In this document: positions 24,846-39,545 of the stretch, piece after piece
How the letters are laid out: each line of letters opens with the position of its first letter
How positions within the stretch are numbered: position 1 is the first letter of the stretch
Assembly (NCBI GenBank): GCA_964016885.1
Contig: OZ024741.1
Span: 144,770,001-144,834,000, forward strand
Origin: Eledone cirrhosa
Taxonomy: Eukaryota
Direction of reading: 5' to 3'
DNA: 64,000 nucleotides
Notes under the pieces: model-generated
Database searches by the model: none
What the model saw: the letters and a program-made list of their open reading frames with translations, nothing else
Told to the model about the DNA's origin: nothing
Position numbers and translations under genes: made by a program

Positions 24846-27800
24846 TACATCCCATCAGTTCTATGTTGACTTACCTCTGTAGGAGGGGGGAGGAGGCAAT
24901 AATAAAATCAAACAGCAGTAACACTGGATTGGTCAACCAATCAACTATTGCTTAACCCTTTAGAAACAACAGTGGCCAGAAACCAATCTGTTGTCTCCTT
25001 TGTTAATGAATTTCTAATGAAATACTTTGTATTTTAATTATTTAATGAAGAAATTTGGGTAGGATTTACTAGAAGTATAACTTCACTAAGATGGTATTTG
25101 TTATATAACAAAAAATCTTTTATATTATTATATTGGAAAGTAGGAATCTTTTGAAGAGGAATCCTTTAAAATGAGAAACAGGCAGTTTGGTATCAAAAGA
25201 GTTAATATAATTTATGTTTGTCCATCATCCATGGAACTGAAAAATTTTGCACAGAATTAAATAATGGACTCATCCACTTACATATACATATAGGAAAATA
25301 TATACTCTATTTGTGAATTTATTTCTTTTCCCTCTAAATGCTGCTTTCACTAATTCTATATTTGTAGTGTTTGAATCAGAGAGTCTTGGCTCAATGCAAC
25401 CAAATCAATTTATCACATTTATCTATTTTCATATATCTATTTATTCTCATTTTAACCTTTTTGTGGCTGTATTTCTAATGGAAAAAAAACTATTTCAAAA
25501 TTAATTAAAGAATGTGCTCCTCACGATATTGTTATCTTTTCTCTGGCAGTGGTTCGTTTGTTCACCCCTTTCGCTGCTTTTTGTGGTATGTGGTCCTTTT
25601 TGTTGTATGTGTGTATTACCTGCTTGTGTGTTTCTCTCATTTTTCCTTTCCCATTTCTTTTTTTTTTTTTTTATTTGTAATATTATGTTGATGGTTATGC
25701 CTTAATAAAACTTTCTATATAAAAAATTAAGAATTTTAAAGGATCTACTAAAATTGTTAATTATTTCATTTTTAAGATAGTAAATTAACATATAATTCTT
25801 ATATAAAATTATTTTGGAAGATTTTAATGTAAATAGGGATCATAGAACTAGAGACAGTTTTGGGCAAGTTGGTATCAACAGGATTATGATAATAGCTATT
25901 TTTATATTTAAAGTTATTATTCATTTCATTATTTTATCTATGTAAAATTACTGATGTTACCCATAGTGGTATAAGTATAGTCCCAAAACTACAAATCTGT
26001 AATGAGCCACACTCTAGAATTAAATAGTTACTGAAATGAAACTAAATGTTTGTTCTCTAAATCTAGATATGATGTTGACAGCAATTCAGCATCAAGTATT
26101 TTACTCCTTTTGATACCAAACCATTTGATCCCCAGATTTTATGATAAAAAATCTATTTGCTTTAAAATGTTTATATTTATATAAAAATCTTCCATCATAA
26201 TTTTATAAAAAACCTTAATATAAATTCCAATCACCAGCTTTATAACTGTTTCTACATTTGACACAAGGCCAGCAATTTGAAGGGAAGGGGAAAGTCGATT
26301 AAATTTACCCCAGTGCATTACTAATACTTTATTTTATTGACCCCATAAGGATGACAGGTAAAGCTGACCATGGGGGATCTAAACACAAAGCAAAAAGAAC
26401 CATAACTACATCATATCTGATGGAGAAAGTCAGTTATATTACTAAGGCAAAGGGCCCTTAACCCCTGATGGAGTCGGAGGGGTGCCATTCTGCCACATGG
26501 AATATCTTGAGCATTTTTAAAATTGGCAGAGCTCACCCCCACTAAACTGGAACATAGCCAATTTTTTTTTCAGGCAGAGAGAGATAGAGGAAAAATTTAA
26601 CCCAGTACTAGACAAGTATTTTATTTATCAATTTCAGAAGGAGGAAAGTTGTCCTCGGTGGTATTTGAACTCAGAATACAGTGAGTTAGAACAAATACTG
26701 AGGGATTTTAAATTTGATGCTTTAATGACTCTGCCAGTTCTAAATATTCTAAATACAAATTCTTGATTAGTTTCAAAATGGTTAAAAAATTATAGACAGG
26801 GAATGTTAATAGAAATATGTTAACAAAAGGGCTAAGGACATCCTCCCTGTTAAAATAGGGGGGTTAAGACTTGATTGTAGGTCCAGGAATAGGCTTAAGC
26901 ATCCTTTTTGAAGCAATTTTTTCCAAGCAGATGCTCTTCTTAAAGTCTAAAGTTTGCCTCCAGCCTGGAGGTTCATTAAGCTAGTGCTTATCTCAATTTC
27001 CATGGTGTGAAGCTACTGATAGTACAAGATTCCCCACTGAACAGGATGCCAGCCCATTGCATAGTCAAACCCCAGCTATTGCTGGTATTCATTTTCAGCT
27101 GGATGTTCTTAGCACAAACCATTTTAGTTACCCCTTATGACATGCGGTTGTATATATTCATGGTATAAATATTCTAGACTAGATAACATAGCTACAGCAA
27201 AAAAAATAAATGTTTGATAATTTCATTAATGTAAAAAAAAATGAATGGCTGAGAAGAAGAATGGTTATAAAATTGATGAAGAATTAAAAATATTTTTTGA
27301 CACTAACTATAACAGCTAATCTTATAAATGGTAACACCATTGTTTTGTTTTTGTTTTTTTTTAGTTTCTATTGTCAGTTGTTCTTTTCATAATCTGACTA
27401 ATGGGAAGCAGCTTGCTTCTGCAATGACACTTGATAATTTCCTTTGTTATTTTCTCATTTTTAAAAATGTATTTATTTAACATATTCATTCTTATCATGC
27501 ATACATGTGTGTATATATATATATTATATATATATATTTCTGCAAATTTCTTAAATAAACATACATACATATATATATACATATACATATATATATATGT
27601 GTGTGAGTGTGCGCACACGTGTGTGTGTACATTTATATATATATACATATATATAGTTATTCATTTAAGATGTTTTCTGAAAAACTAAGCAGACATCATA
27701 TATCTTTATATATAGAACAGTGATAGCTGTCATGGTTGGAGACAATAAAATTCATAGCTGTCAGAAGACAGTGTAAGAAATAACTGAATAATTTTATTAA

Positions 27801-29607
27801 TAAATAAACTAAATAAGACAAATATAATAAGTTATAAAATGATTTCTGCAAAGAAACTATCAATCATTTGAAGCAAAATGGTAAAAAAATAGATGTGTTA
27901 CATGTAATATGTATGTATATATGTGTGTGTGTGTTCCAGTTTTAGAAAAAAAACACACCAAACCCCTGTGTTTCATTAGAAGTGATTAAAAGGGTTACCA
28001 CCAGTAAGGTCATATGGCTGTAAAGCATTGTCTCAAAACATCCATTCTAACCCATATCAGCATGGAAAAATGGACATGAAGATGAGGTGACCTACACTGA
28101 AAGACGTGTTTTATGTAAAAACATATAGTCAACAATTAAGTGAATGAGCACACAATACATATAGGCAAAGTATAGCTCTTATTTTTTTTATATGAATGTG
28201 CGTTGAAGAAATTCACTTCACAACTACGTTTTTAATTTCAATTCCACTGCATGATATCTTTTACTATAAGCTGTGAGCTTGGTATACTAAAACTGTAAGC
28301 AAACTGGTTGTTTGTGTGTGTCTCATCATAACTTCATGCCCATCTTCCATCCAAGCAAGAGTTGGGTGGATATTCACGGACTAAGTCAATACTCAAGCAG
28401 AACTACTAACCTTTCAGATGGGTCAGGGGCCAGCGTCTTGCTTATATACTTAGTCACGCTCTATCAAGTGCATTGATCATGGCACCAGCACTATGGAGGT
28501 GGTCATCTTTTTCAGGCATTTAAAGTCTTTCCAACTCTTTGTTTGGCAGGCTTTCTCTGGTTGGATGTCCTTTCTATCACCAACCACTTTACAGAGTGAA
28601 CTGGGTGCATTTATCATGTAGATCACCAAACTAGGGAGGTGGTTATACCTTTGACATACCTGAAGAGTCCTTCTGATATATCTCTCTCTCTATTATGAAC
28701 CATGCAATGTTAGAACTACTGCTAATTAATCCTAGCTGACCAAGCTCAATTGAGCATCTACAACTAATATAGGATATAAGCTATAGTTCATTCTTATCAG
28801 TAGAAAGTGAGTAAATGTCACCTACAATAGATAAAAATCCAGAAATACGTATCTGGTATTCTCCCATGGCTACTGAAATAGCTGTGACAAGACCACAGTT
28901 TCAAACATTCATAGCGAGACTCTTGTATGTTTAATATATATAAACATATGCACTGCTATTATAAACCTGGCTATGTTAGTGCTATTGCTAATTAATCATC
29001 ATATTGATGGGCATGTTTGGTAACGTCATGCATCTAACAAACTCAATGAAGATGATGGGTATACACCATACTTATATATAAAGTATGGGTTGGGATTAGG
29101 AAGGACATCTGGCTGTAGGAAAAAAAATCTGCCTGAAAAGTTCCCGGATAATTTATGTCAACTTTGAAAAACAGACATAAAATAAATGATGATGATATAT
29201 CACTATCACTATGGATCCCTGACCTGTCTGGGAGGTCCGTAACACCATTTGTGTGACATTCCTTTGGTATTTTTCACCAAAATTCACCATCTACAATCTA
29301 ACCAGCTAAAACCATCCCATTGACTACTGGCAGGAACAGGTGACCTCATTTTCCACATGTGCTTAGAACATGATACATTATTAACAGACCAAACTATAGT
29401 GAAACCCAAGAACCAGTGCCCTTGAGAAATCTTGAGAATAGAAGCTGAAACAGCGCAGCCCACAATTGAGATTCTATCTTTTCTATATACCCAATCTGCA
29501 TTTCCTCATCTATCGAGTACTACCCTGAATTACTGTCTTCCAGCCTTTGCACTGCAGTCACTTCATATATATCATCATCATCATCATTTTACGTCCGCTT
29601 TTCCCTA

Positions 29608-29687
29608 CTAGCAATATTAAAATCCACATCTGTGATGCTCATGTTTAAGTATCAAGTGATGGCATTACTTGGAATCGAGTTGCAGCT

Positions 29688-29726
<39 letters not shown>

Positions 29727-29803
29727 TGCAACTCGATTTCAAGTAATGCCATCACTTGATACTTAAACATGAGCATCACAGATGTGGATTTTAATATTGC
29801 TAG
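29608..29803. repeat. Fold-back inverted repeat (about 83-bp arms, (TA)n centre) joined to an RTE/SINE tail
   Basis: Arms 29608-29690 and 29721-29803 are near-perfect reverse complements; minus-strand tail at 29571-29606. Confidence 0.9.
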
Positions 29804-30619
29804 GGACTTGCCTATGGCCAGCAATGGCATGCATCACAAACAAATGTCACATATGAAACGATCGCTGTGCTTGAAGCTTTTTTAAGTGAGGAAAGGCTTT
29901 GCATAGGGGCAATCCCACTCTCTGAACATCGAATGCATTTACCCAAAATGTAGAACAGGTCTACATCATTGGATACAAATGAAATCACAGGTTTTATACC
30001 AGAGTGACATTCTCCTTAAAAGATGTCTTAATGACGACTAGGAATCTTTCGCTCCACAAAAAAAAATAAAAAAAATACTTTATTGGATGACCATTGACTC
30101 CTGAGTCCCTCCACCCTTTGACAGGTTTTGTTTTTCATCCTGCAGGGTGTCAAAAATCACCCTCCTCACCAAGCAAGCTTGTGGGGTTGCCGGTTTAGTC
30201 ACCAACAACCCGATCATGTACAGGTTGTAGTGGGTTACATGTTACCAGTAGTGCTGGATGTCAGTTGGACATTGTGCATTAAAAATAAGAGATAAGTTTT
30301 TAGCAATGTTGCAGAGTAATACGCCAATGACTACATATACAAATAAGATTTTGAATCATGTAGACTGATACCCAATGGAGTATTGACATGTTAATAGATA
30401 TGAAGACACAGTTCTATGTTAACCAAATATTAGACAATCAACAATGTGTGTCCTATAGTCTGCATATCACTAGCTTCTGTGAAATTCTGTCAGATGATGA
30501 TGTGTTGGACTTATGTTTCCCTTACATAACTATCATCTAATGCTTCTGAAATGTACACAGCAGTTGTTATTTAATAAATTCAAGTATGGAAAAATAGAAC
30601 TGTGTCTTAATATTTATGA

Positions 30620-30694
<75 letters not shown>

Positions 30695-32474
30695 GAGACT
30701 TCGACACTTGCTTACATATGCTCACACATTAGAAAAACTAGTCTTTCTTCTTGGTTTTTGTAAATTTCAGTATAATGTTAGTGTAAAAAGGGCAACCTGT
30801 TACATGAGAAATGATGAAATAGCTTCTTTTATGATTTTGATGAAACAAACTTTTACCAATTCCTAAATGCTTTATAAATGAAAATGTAATTGTATTAAAA
30901 GTGAGAGATAACATTTTAGCCATGTTGCAGAGTAATACACCAATGAACACACATGCCAATAAGATGGGTAGATAAGAGGGGAGAGAGGTTTTTATTATGT
31001 CATCGCTTGAATGATCACCTTAGCTATATATATATATTCTCTTCACAAATAAACTCCCAGTAGTCTTCAAAATGAAAGCCACATATTTTTTTTACTGAAA
31101 TTTCACGACTGCATGAACCACAATAATAATGGGATTTCTATCGCTTACTTGTCATTTCAATATTTCTTTCAATGGTGATGCCAGTTCTATATACCTACTT
31201 AACCAGAGCTGACTAAATCAACTATGCAACAAAATCCATAAAATTGAAAGAGGAATGAAATCTTCTTGTCACTCAAACAATTCTAAATTCTCCTGTGCTG
31301 TGATTCCTTGCAAAACAAGGACATCAAGGGAGTTTATTTGTTTTACTTTCTAGATTTCATGGAAGTTTTCTTCTGGTTTACTAATTCTCAACCGAGTTCC
31401 TACACAGTAGACTGCTGCTCATTGCCAAAATCAAACTCTATTTTTTCTCTTAAAAAAAAAGAGGTCCTGACCTTGAAATATGAAATGTAAGGTAAAAATG
31501 TAAACTATTATTTTGATTTTTTTTTACTTTACACTTGTATTTCTAATTTGCAGTGTACGTGGCTTTCTCCCAACAATCATAATCACATATTTAACAATAC
31601 TTCATATAAACAATACTGCTTTATTTCTTTCCCGGTTATTTTACACAAAACTACTTGCAGTGGACTAGCCACCTCTCTCGAGGGAATGGCTTAGGTGATT
31701 GATGTGTTGGTAAAATGATAAGTTGTCTATATAAGGGTACAAGCTGTCCATATAAGGGTAAAGGTTCTTTAAGGTTTTTAAAGAAAAGTTTTAAAATAAA
31801 AGTAACAATAAGTAACCATAAGTAGGAAGCTCTTCTGCACACATACTGGCACCCACGACAACCTTAGGCCTACTATATTACATCTCAAACAAATACAAAA
31901 TATCAACACCACTTCTGTGTGTGAGTACAATGAGTTGAGTTTAATCCTTTAGTTGTGAAGGCTATAGTTGACAGGCTGGGTGTGTATGTCAGGTTAGTCT
32001 GGCCTTAGCTAACTCAATTAGCAGCTACTACAACTACAACAACAGTAGCAGCAACTCTACCATCACTAACAATGACAACAACAACAGCAGCAACAATTAT
32101 AACAGTAGTGTCAGCAAGGATAGCCACTAAGTAGCCACTATTGAACTGTGTGTTATATACATATTTTTATTTAAGTAGGTTCTAAGAAAATTTCCTTGTC
32201 CAAGTACTGTGTTTTGATTTAACTGCGCAAATCTAATTATTTATTTTCATTTATATCCTCATCTTATTCCATTGTACTCACCGTTTGTGAGGCGTGTCTT
32301 TCTGCAGTACACTACTCTCTCTCCCACAAGCATCCTCTTTCATCTCTCTTATTTTATCTTTTGATGAAGGGATCATGTCTGAAATGTTAAGACTGCTTTC
32401 CTACAATATCAAGCATTAAACTAATATCGTCATTGCACTGTATTATCATTGTATTTTTTCCTTGTTGACTTTAA

Positions 32475-32675
32475 TCCTTTAGCATTTGTATTACTCTGTA
32501 TATACTATGGTACTTTCACAGTGAAGGCTTTACCTCACATAATATTGAATCTATGAGATTTCAATGTTATTTATTTTGTGAACAATACCTTAACATCAGT
32601 ATGAGTGGCTAACTATGGCTGGTTTGAACAGAAAGAGGTGAGAGAATTCTGGCGGAATTTGGCCGGTTTAAAGGG
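32475..32675. mobile_element. piggyBac-type MITE copy
   Basis: Homologous to 11233-11450; TTAA flanks. Confidence 0.65.
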
Positions 32676-33137
32676 TTAAACCTGAAACTACATGATTGCA
32701 AAGCAAAATTCTTAACCACACAGCCTATATAACCTACTTTACAGAATAGTTTCTTATTGTTTGTGATATTATAACTAATGCAGAAGTAACTCGCAACAGC
32801 AGGAATTACATGGTAGAACCTGACTGAACAATGTAGATATATATGTATAGTAATGGAGTTTTATTTCTAAACCATTGTCAAGGTGGGAACATTTCCAAAG
32901 GAGACAGGAAATAAAACTGACTTCACTTTCATGTTAGAATTATAGAATAATAGTTTGGGAAGCATTTTTTAAGTGAAATGGAAGAATGGCAGTTATATTG
33001 AAAATATCACAAACATTATTCTGTGTTTCATTCAAACTAAGACTGACAGAAAAAGACTAACAATAATCAAAGAACTCAAAGATCAAAATTGACACATGAC
33101 AGAAATACTTGATACTAATGCTATTTAAAGTGTTAAC

Positions 33138-33364
33138 CCTTTTTATACTAACTGAAACCACTATTGGTTCTATTATACAAAACTGTTTGAAAGCATTCAT
33201 ATTTATCTAGAAACCTTCCATCATAATTTCATGTAAGATTCTTTTTGTTCAGTTATTTTCCTAACACCCGTTTAGTAGTAAATCACTCCAAATTCCTGGT
33301 TATTTTCAAAATTATTTGAAAATCATAGGCAATGTCTTTCATTAGAAATATGATAATGAAAGGG
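33138..33364. mobile_element. Second TTAA-flanked MITE family
   Basis: TTAA|cccttttt...aaaggg|TTAA; apparent relatives near 24955-25205, 26100 and 59620. Confidence 0.5.
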
Positions 33365-35080
33365 TTAAGATACAATATTTTACAACAATGTTCATCATCT
33401 TTAAGCTTACCATTTTACAAGCATTTTATATGATTTTATACATGGAAGGAATAATGTTTTATTAGGATAATACTTTTTTTTATTTCAGTTACAGGCACTT
33501 TCCTACTTTCATGCATCTATAATATATGATGTTGGTGTAGATGTTTTAGAATGTTTTTTTTAAAATGTCCGAAAGCCTTTCCTACTAGTAAGCAGTCAAC
33601 TATGCAGTTACACAGGAAAACTAAATTCTGTCCACCCATCCGTACATACATTACATATGTATATGCACAAATACATACATACTTTTTCTGTATTTTTGTC
33701 ACTGAAGCTGGAAATATGGTTCTGTTATGGTGTAAAGTGCCAATATGTAATAATTTTACACAGATTTTTTCCCCCAGATCATTAAGTTAAACATTTTTAA
33801 ATGTTGAACTCAGAAAAGTAATAACATTTTAATTCTTGCAGAAGAAAACTCCAAAGCAATTCTATGAGTGTATTATATAAACATTAACTTATGGGTGGCC
33901 ATTATACTTAATGGTAAATAAGTGATGTGGAAACTTAGACCAGGCATCTACAATCCTATGACTTAAGATCAAAGCAGTCAATTTAGAGTGTTGGATATTT
34001 ATTCTGGGTGTCTGCATTATGAGTTCAAACCCCACCAAGGTCCACTTTGCTTTTTATTCTTTTGGAGTTGATAAAAAAAAAAAGCATCAAACCAGTGCTG
34101 GTGCATCTCTCTCTCCTTCTAGCTGTCACATCTTGGATGTTCCACTTGATCAAGGGAGTGAGATTTGAGAGGGCACCTGTCTCTGTTTATGACTGCATTG
34201 GTACAAAAAACCCTTAGTGAAAGCATGGTACATACTACCAAATCATACTTGATTGTTGATTGCAAGTGATGGTTGTAGTTTCTTTTTTATCTTAACATCC
34301 CAAACATTTTTATCTCATTAAAATCCTCCTCCTCAGCATCATCATTATTTTCCATGCTGGTATGAGTTGGATGGGACATTACAGTCTGAGACTAGATGGA
34401 TTAGAGAACTATGCCTTGCTTTTATGTTCCATATTTCAGCATGTTTTCTATGGCTAGGAGTCATTCCTAATGTCAACCACAGAAAAAAAACAAGCAAAAA
34501 ACAAACAAACACCAAGTAAAACTCGAACTCATATCTCCTTTTAAACATCATGGCATCATGTTGTTAGTATCTGAATGGTCCCTCTAAAGTATAATTTTTG
34601 ATTATAAATGATTTAATCGAATTAAAAGGTGGAGATTTGGTAAATGTTCAAATCACAATTTTAAAACATTTGCACAACAAAATACATCAACAAAAAACAA
34701 TGTTTTAATTAATTATTTTTTCCTTTTCTGTTTTCAAAATACAAAATGTATACAAAAGGTTAACAAAATAAAATGATTACAGCTAATTAATACCCCCCCC
34801 CCCCGCTCCCCAAATGATAATAACAACACCATCAACAACAATAATAACACCACCACTACCACCACTGACAATTTAGAAGACTAATTCAATAAAAGGGTGA
34901 GGTTGAATTAAGTTCAACAGATTAAAGTTAAAGTCTATATTGAGCTCAGCTCAGTGCTTATCCCAGCAACTGAGACTACAAACTCCTCCCTAAACAGTAC
35001 GCCAGTCCCTTACATAAGTCTCATAAGACCTCATAAGTCCAATACCCTAACCACTAGGCCATGCACTGTCACAAATTACT

Positions 35081-35081
<1 letters not shown>

Positions 35082-35176
<95 letters not shown>
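35082..35176. repeat. (TG)n microsatellite
   Basis: Directly visible. Confidence 0.98.
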
Positions 35177-35179
<3 letters not shown>

Positions 35180-35735
35180 ACATACATATATATGTTTTTT
35201 TTATGCAGCAACACAGTTGTATATTTGGTTTGCAAGCATAGATAGTGAAATTGATAATGTACTGGACAAATGATTGAAAGGCAGGTGGCTTACATCCTAC
35301 CACAATTCATGCATTGTGATCATGGCCAATACATAACTATTTATACCCATGTGCATCCAGCTCTCAGTAGATATTGCTGACAGAAAGGTTCACTGTTGTA
35401 ATCAGTGAGAGGACTGTGGAATTGACACAGAGTGATTCATTGGCTCTCAGTGCTGAATTCAATTGTTACTGTGAAGTAAAACTACTTGCGACAGAACTGA
35501 CAACCTAACCAAGGAGTTCATGATAGAGAATTGGCGGAATTGTTAGTGTTGGATAATATTTGGTATCTGTTCCTACATTTTGTATTCTGAATTCAAATTC
35601 TGATTAGCATTCTAAATCCTACTGATAGTCTCTATGAGACCACAACTACAATAGGTGGGAAAAGATTATGGCTGTCTGCTACTGCAGTCGAATAATGAAG
35701 AACATGCAATATAAAACGGGTATATAAAATATATA

Positions 35736-36221
35736 TCTAAACTATAATAAAGGGAGGTCTGCGGGATTGCGTATGGTTTATTTTTTTTATCCCGTTTGTC
35801 AAATAAGTTAGATTACTTTTAATAAATAATGAATGAATATTACATAATTTATCTACTAAATTTCGTGGTTGTTGATTAAATATATTTTGTTTATTTAAAG
35901 ATTCACTTTTTTTAAATTTCTGAAATCTCAACACTTCCGGTTGGCCCTCGCTTAAATAAACATACTAATTTTCTGTCACTAATTTTCTCCTAATGCAGTT
36001 TATATATAATATCGTCTTTTTTTAATGTATCATGGATTACGTTACTGATTAAATAAGACAGTGTAACACAGTCTTCGTTCAATTTCTATGTATTATATAT
36101 TGTCAATTACGATTTTATTTGATGTATCACATCTACATGTATATATATACATGCGTATAATATCAATATACACACCACACATACTAGCAGAAAACCACCC
36201 GAGGGGTGGTTTTTCTGTTAG

Positions 36222-36222
<1 letters not shown>
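35736..36222 (+). mobile_element. Possible non-autonomous Helitron
   Basis: a|TCtaaactataataaag start; terminal hairpin aaaaccaccc-gag-gggtggtttt followed by ctgTTAG|t. Confidence 0.5.
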
Positions 36223-36258
<36 letters not shown>

Positions 36259-36378
36259 TATACTTATATATACACTATATATAATTATAAACAGGAAAGG
36301 TTAGTAATTCTTTACCACCTTATTACCAGTAAGAAAAATAGCTCAATGTAAATACATCAGATGTTTTACAAAGCAGGA

Positions 36379-36637
36379 ATATAAATTACAGAATAATCAA
36401 AATTATGTTCAAAACATTTTATTGCTGACAATCGTTTCTTCCAAACTTTCGTTTGTCAGCAATAAAATGTTTTGAACATAGTTTTGATTATTCTGTAATT
36501 TATATACCCTTGCAAGCAGGGAAAAGCGGACGTAAAATGATGATGATGATGATGATGATGATGATATATATATCATCATCATCATCATCATCAACGTTTA
36601 ACGTCCGTCTTCCACGCTTGCATGGGTTTGGACGGGA
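36379..36637. repeat. Fold-back inverted repeat plus two tail-to-tail RTE-type 3' ends
   Basis: Arms 36379-36431 / 36453-36505; SINE-type tail 36507-36565 (+); subfamily A tail 36570-36637 (-). Confidence 0.85.
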
Positions 36638-38230
36638 TATATATATATATATATAAATATATATATGTATGTATATATATATATATATAGCATGCAATAT
36701 CAACAACAACAAAGCATTAAACTGAGAAACACTGCACAATGAATATATTTGTGAAAATTAAGGCTTTACTCAACTACTGCTATTCTAAGTTTCCCAAGCT
36801 GTGAAATATTCACTGATATAGTAATGAGGTTAGATGTTAGCTTTAAACAAAATGGATATATATGTAAACTCTTACAACATCTATTTAATATACATCTTTT
36901 ATGCAAACATTAACAACAGCATAACAAACACTTTAAGTCCATTTTTGCCTGCTGAAACAGGGGACAGCCTTGCACAGGCCTTAGGGGATGCATAGTTATA
37001 CTCACCATGAGGCCCTTTATGGGGCATTTTTTCTAGTACCAACCCCTTTAATCTTGTCTTATTACATGCGGGGATGCAGCACTCCTATTCTAAACTGGAT
37101 ACATATAGTATTTTCAGTACACTATGTAAAGAGTTACTGCCTTGATAACATGTACCCATTATAGACGGTAAAGTAGTTTGCATTGGGATGAGTAACCAGC
37201 CACAGAAACTATACCAAAATATGGAATGACGTATGTGGTCTCTCTAACCTGTCTAATCTCGGATCATGACAATGGCAGTATAGAAAACAAACATATAACG
37301 ATGATGACACATGCACAGAGGAGCAGGCAGTTTGCTAATACAACACAGCATTGCTATATGTAATATACTTACTGAGGCAACTGACTGTCAGTTGTTGTAT
37401 ATGAAGTAGAAAATCTAAAAAAAGAAATGTAACTAATTAATAGTAATAAAAACTAATTTTTCTTTAATTATACATTTTTCTCTCTTTATTTTGAATTTCT
37501 TTTGTCATTTTATTTTTATTCATTTCATTAAAAATTTTTTTCAATTTTCCAAACAAATTTTTAATTGCTATGAAACTTGTTAATCATAATTACGAAATTA
37601 CGTTACAGACAATAATTAATTACAAAACAAAGTAGCAGATTAATTACATAACTAGAGCAGGTAAATGAAGCATAATTATTATGTAGACTAATTAATGTCA
37701 GTTATCCTGTCTCTTTCATCCAACTGTAATGCAACTTACAGGCTATGGGTCAGTGTGTTGTTAGAAGTGCTCATGTATATGTGTTTGTGTATGTCTTCAT
37801 ATTGTTTTGATATGTGTTTATATCTGTGGAGAGGTGCATGTATGTGTGGATATGTATGCATGTATTTGTGTGTGACTGTAATTGCCCATATGTGTTAGCA
37901 TATGTTTATATATCTATACATTTATGTTTATATCTATGTATACATGTATATATGCACGCGTATGTGTCTATGTGTGCGTGTGTAAGGGTATATGTATTTT
38001 GATATGTCAATACATATACAAGTGTGTATACTGAGTATAGTTCTATGGATAAGTATACATGTAAGTGTGTGTGTTTATATGTGCATGTATTATTTGTGTG
38101 TCAACATATACGTGCAAGCAGGTTGTTTTCATTTATATTCATGTGTGGAAGACTGCATACATACTATATATATATATATATCATCATCATCATCGTTTAA
38201 CGTCTATCTTCCACGCTAGCATGGGTTTAG

Positions 38231-38271
<41 letters not shown>

Positions 38272-39501
38272 AGGTGAAATTGGAAATAGCACAGAAAATA
38301 TATTTAAGGGTTTGTTTTTCTTTTTTTTCCTTTCTTTGATTCGTCAAAGTGACATTATTGAAAAAATTAGAGGGACAATTCTTTTAAAAAAGAGTTTTAT
38401 AATGTATATAAAGTATATAAAGTATAACCGGTTTCGATGTATTAGTAAAATTCATCTTATCAAATGTAGAGTATTAGAATTAATAAGAATTAAAAACTAA
38501 AAATTAAAGATTTAAATTTAAGTGTTGAGGCAAGTTTTTTTTACATCTTCCTTGTTGAAAAGAAGACTGGAAAAATGAACTCTTGTGTATATAGAGAGAG
38601 GTGTAGTCATGGCAGTAGCAGCAGCAGTGGTGGTAGTTATGTTTTTTCACACAGAACAAAATTGTTTTTAGGGAGAAGGAGATATTCTGTAAATATGTGT
38701 GTATCTCAATTGTGCTAATGGACTGGTCAAGAGTTCAGATGGGTGTAGCAAAGAGGGAATTGTAAGCTAGAGACAAATTCTATGGGCTTGGCAAAAGCAG
38801 GGTTGTAAAAGAAATTCTATTTTTGGAATATGGTTTTAGAGAATGTGAGTGTGCTTCACACACACACTCACATGTAACCCATTAGCAACCCCGCAGCACG
38901 TTTATTCTCATATTTACACATATTTTTTTCCCCGCTGTTACACGTCTATTTCGTTCTTACTGCTTCCTCTTTCTCTGTATCTTTACCCTCTCTAGCAGTC
39001 ACTCTCTCTGTTAGCCTCTTCCTCACCCTTCACTCACTCATTCTCTGTTACTACCTCTCCTCCTCCTCCTTCTTCCCATTTGACCTGTGCGTAATTCTTT
39101 TCTTTCGCACCCTTGGTCTGGCAGGTCACTTTTTTTTCTCTCTCTCGTCTACGATTTCACAGAACTTACGTTCACCGAATTCACAGACTAGATCCATTCT
39201 TCCTCCCGTTAGACCTGTACGGAATTCCTTCCTTGCTCACATTCCAACCAGGTTTGATTGTCTTTATTCTCTCTCGTTCACGATTTCACCGAATTTAAAT
39301 TCATAGAAATTTGGGACCTGACTCCTTCTTCCTCACTTTTCGTTATTTCACCATTTTTGTTTGTTTACACTCGGGTCCCCTTTATTTACGTGTCCCAATG
39401 ACTTTTTTTAGCCGTTGCTCGCACCAACCGGAGGTATATGGTCTTTAAAGCGATGAAATACCAATGATGGTTGGAAGATCACTGATGAAGGACTAACTTT
39501 A

Positions 39502-39544
<43 letters not shown>

Positions 39545-39545
39545 G

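Noticed and set aside
32355-32400. Hammerhead-like ttgatgaaggg...gaaatgttaa; also ctgatgaagg at 39482
   Set aside because: The core is mutated or truncated and the stems are unconvincing; at most decayed remnants.
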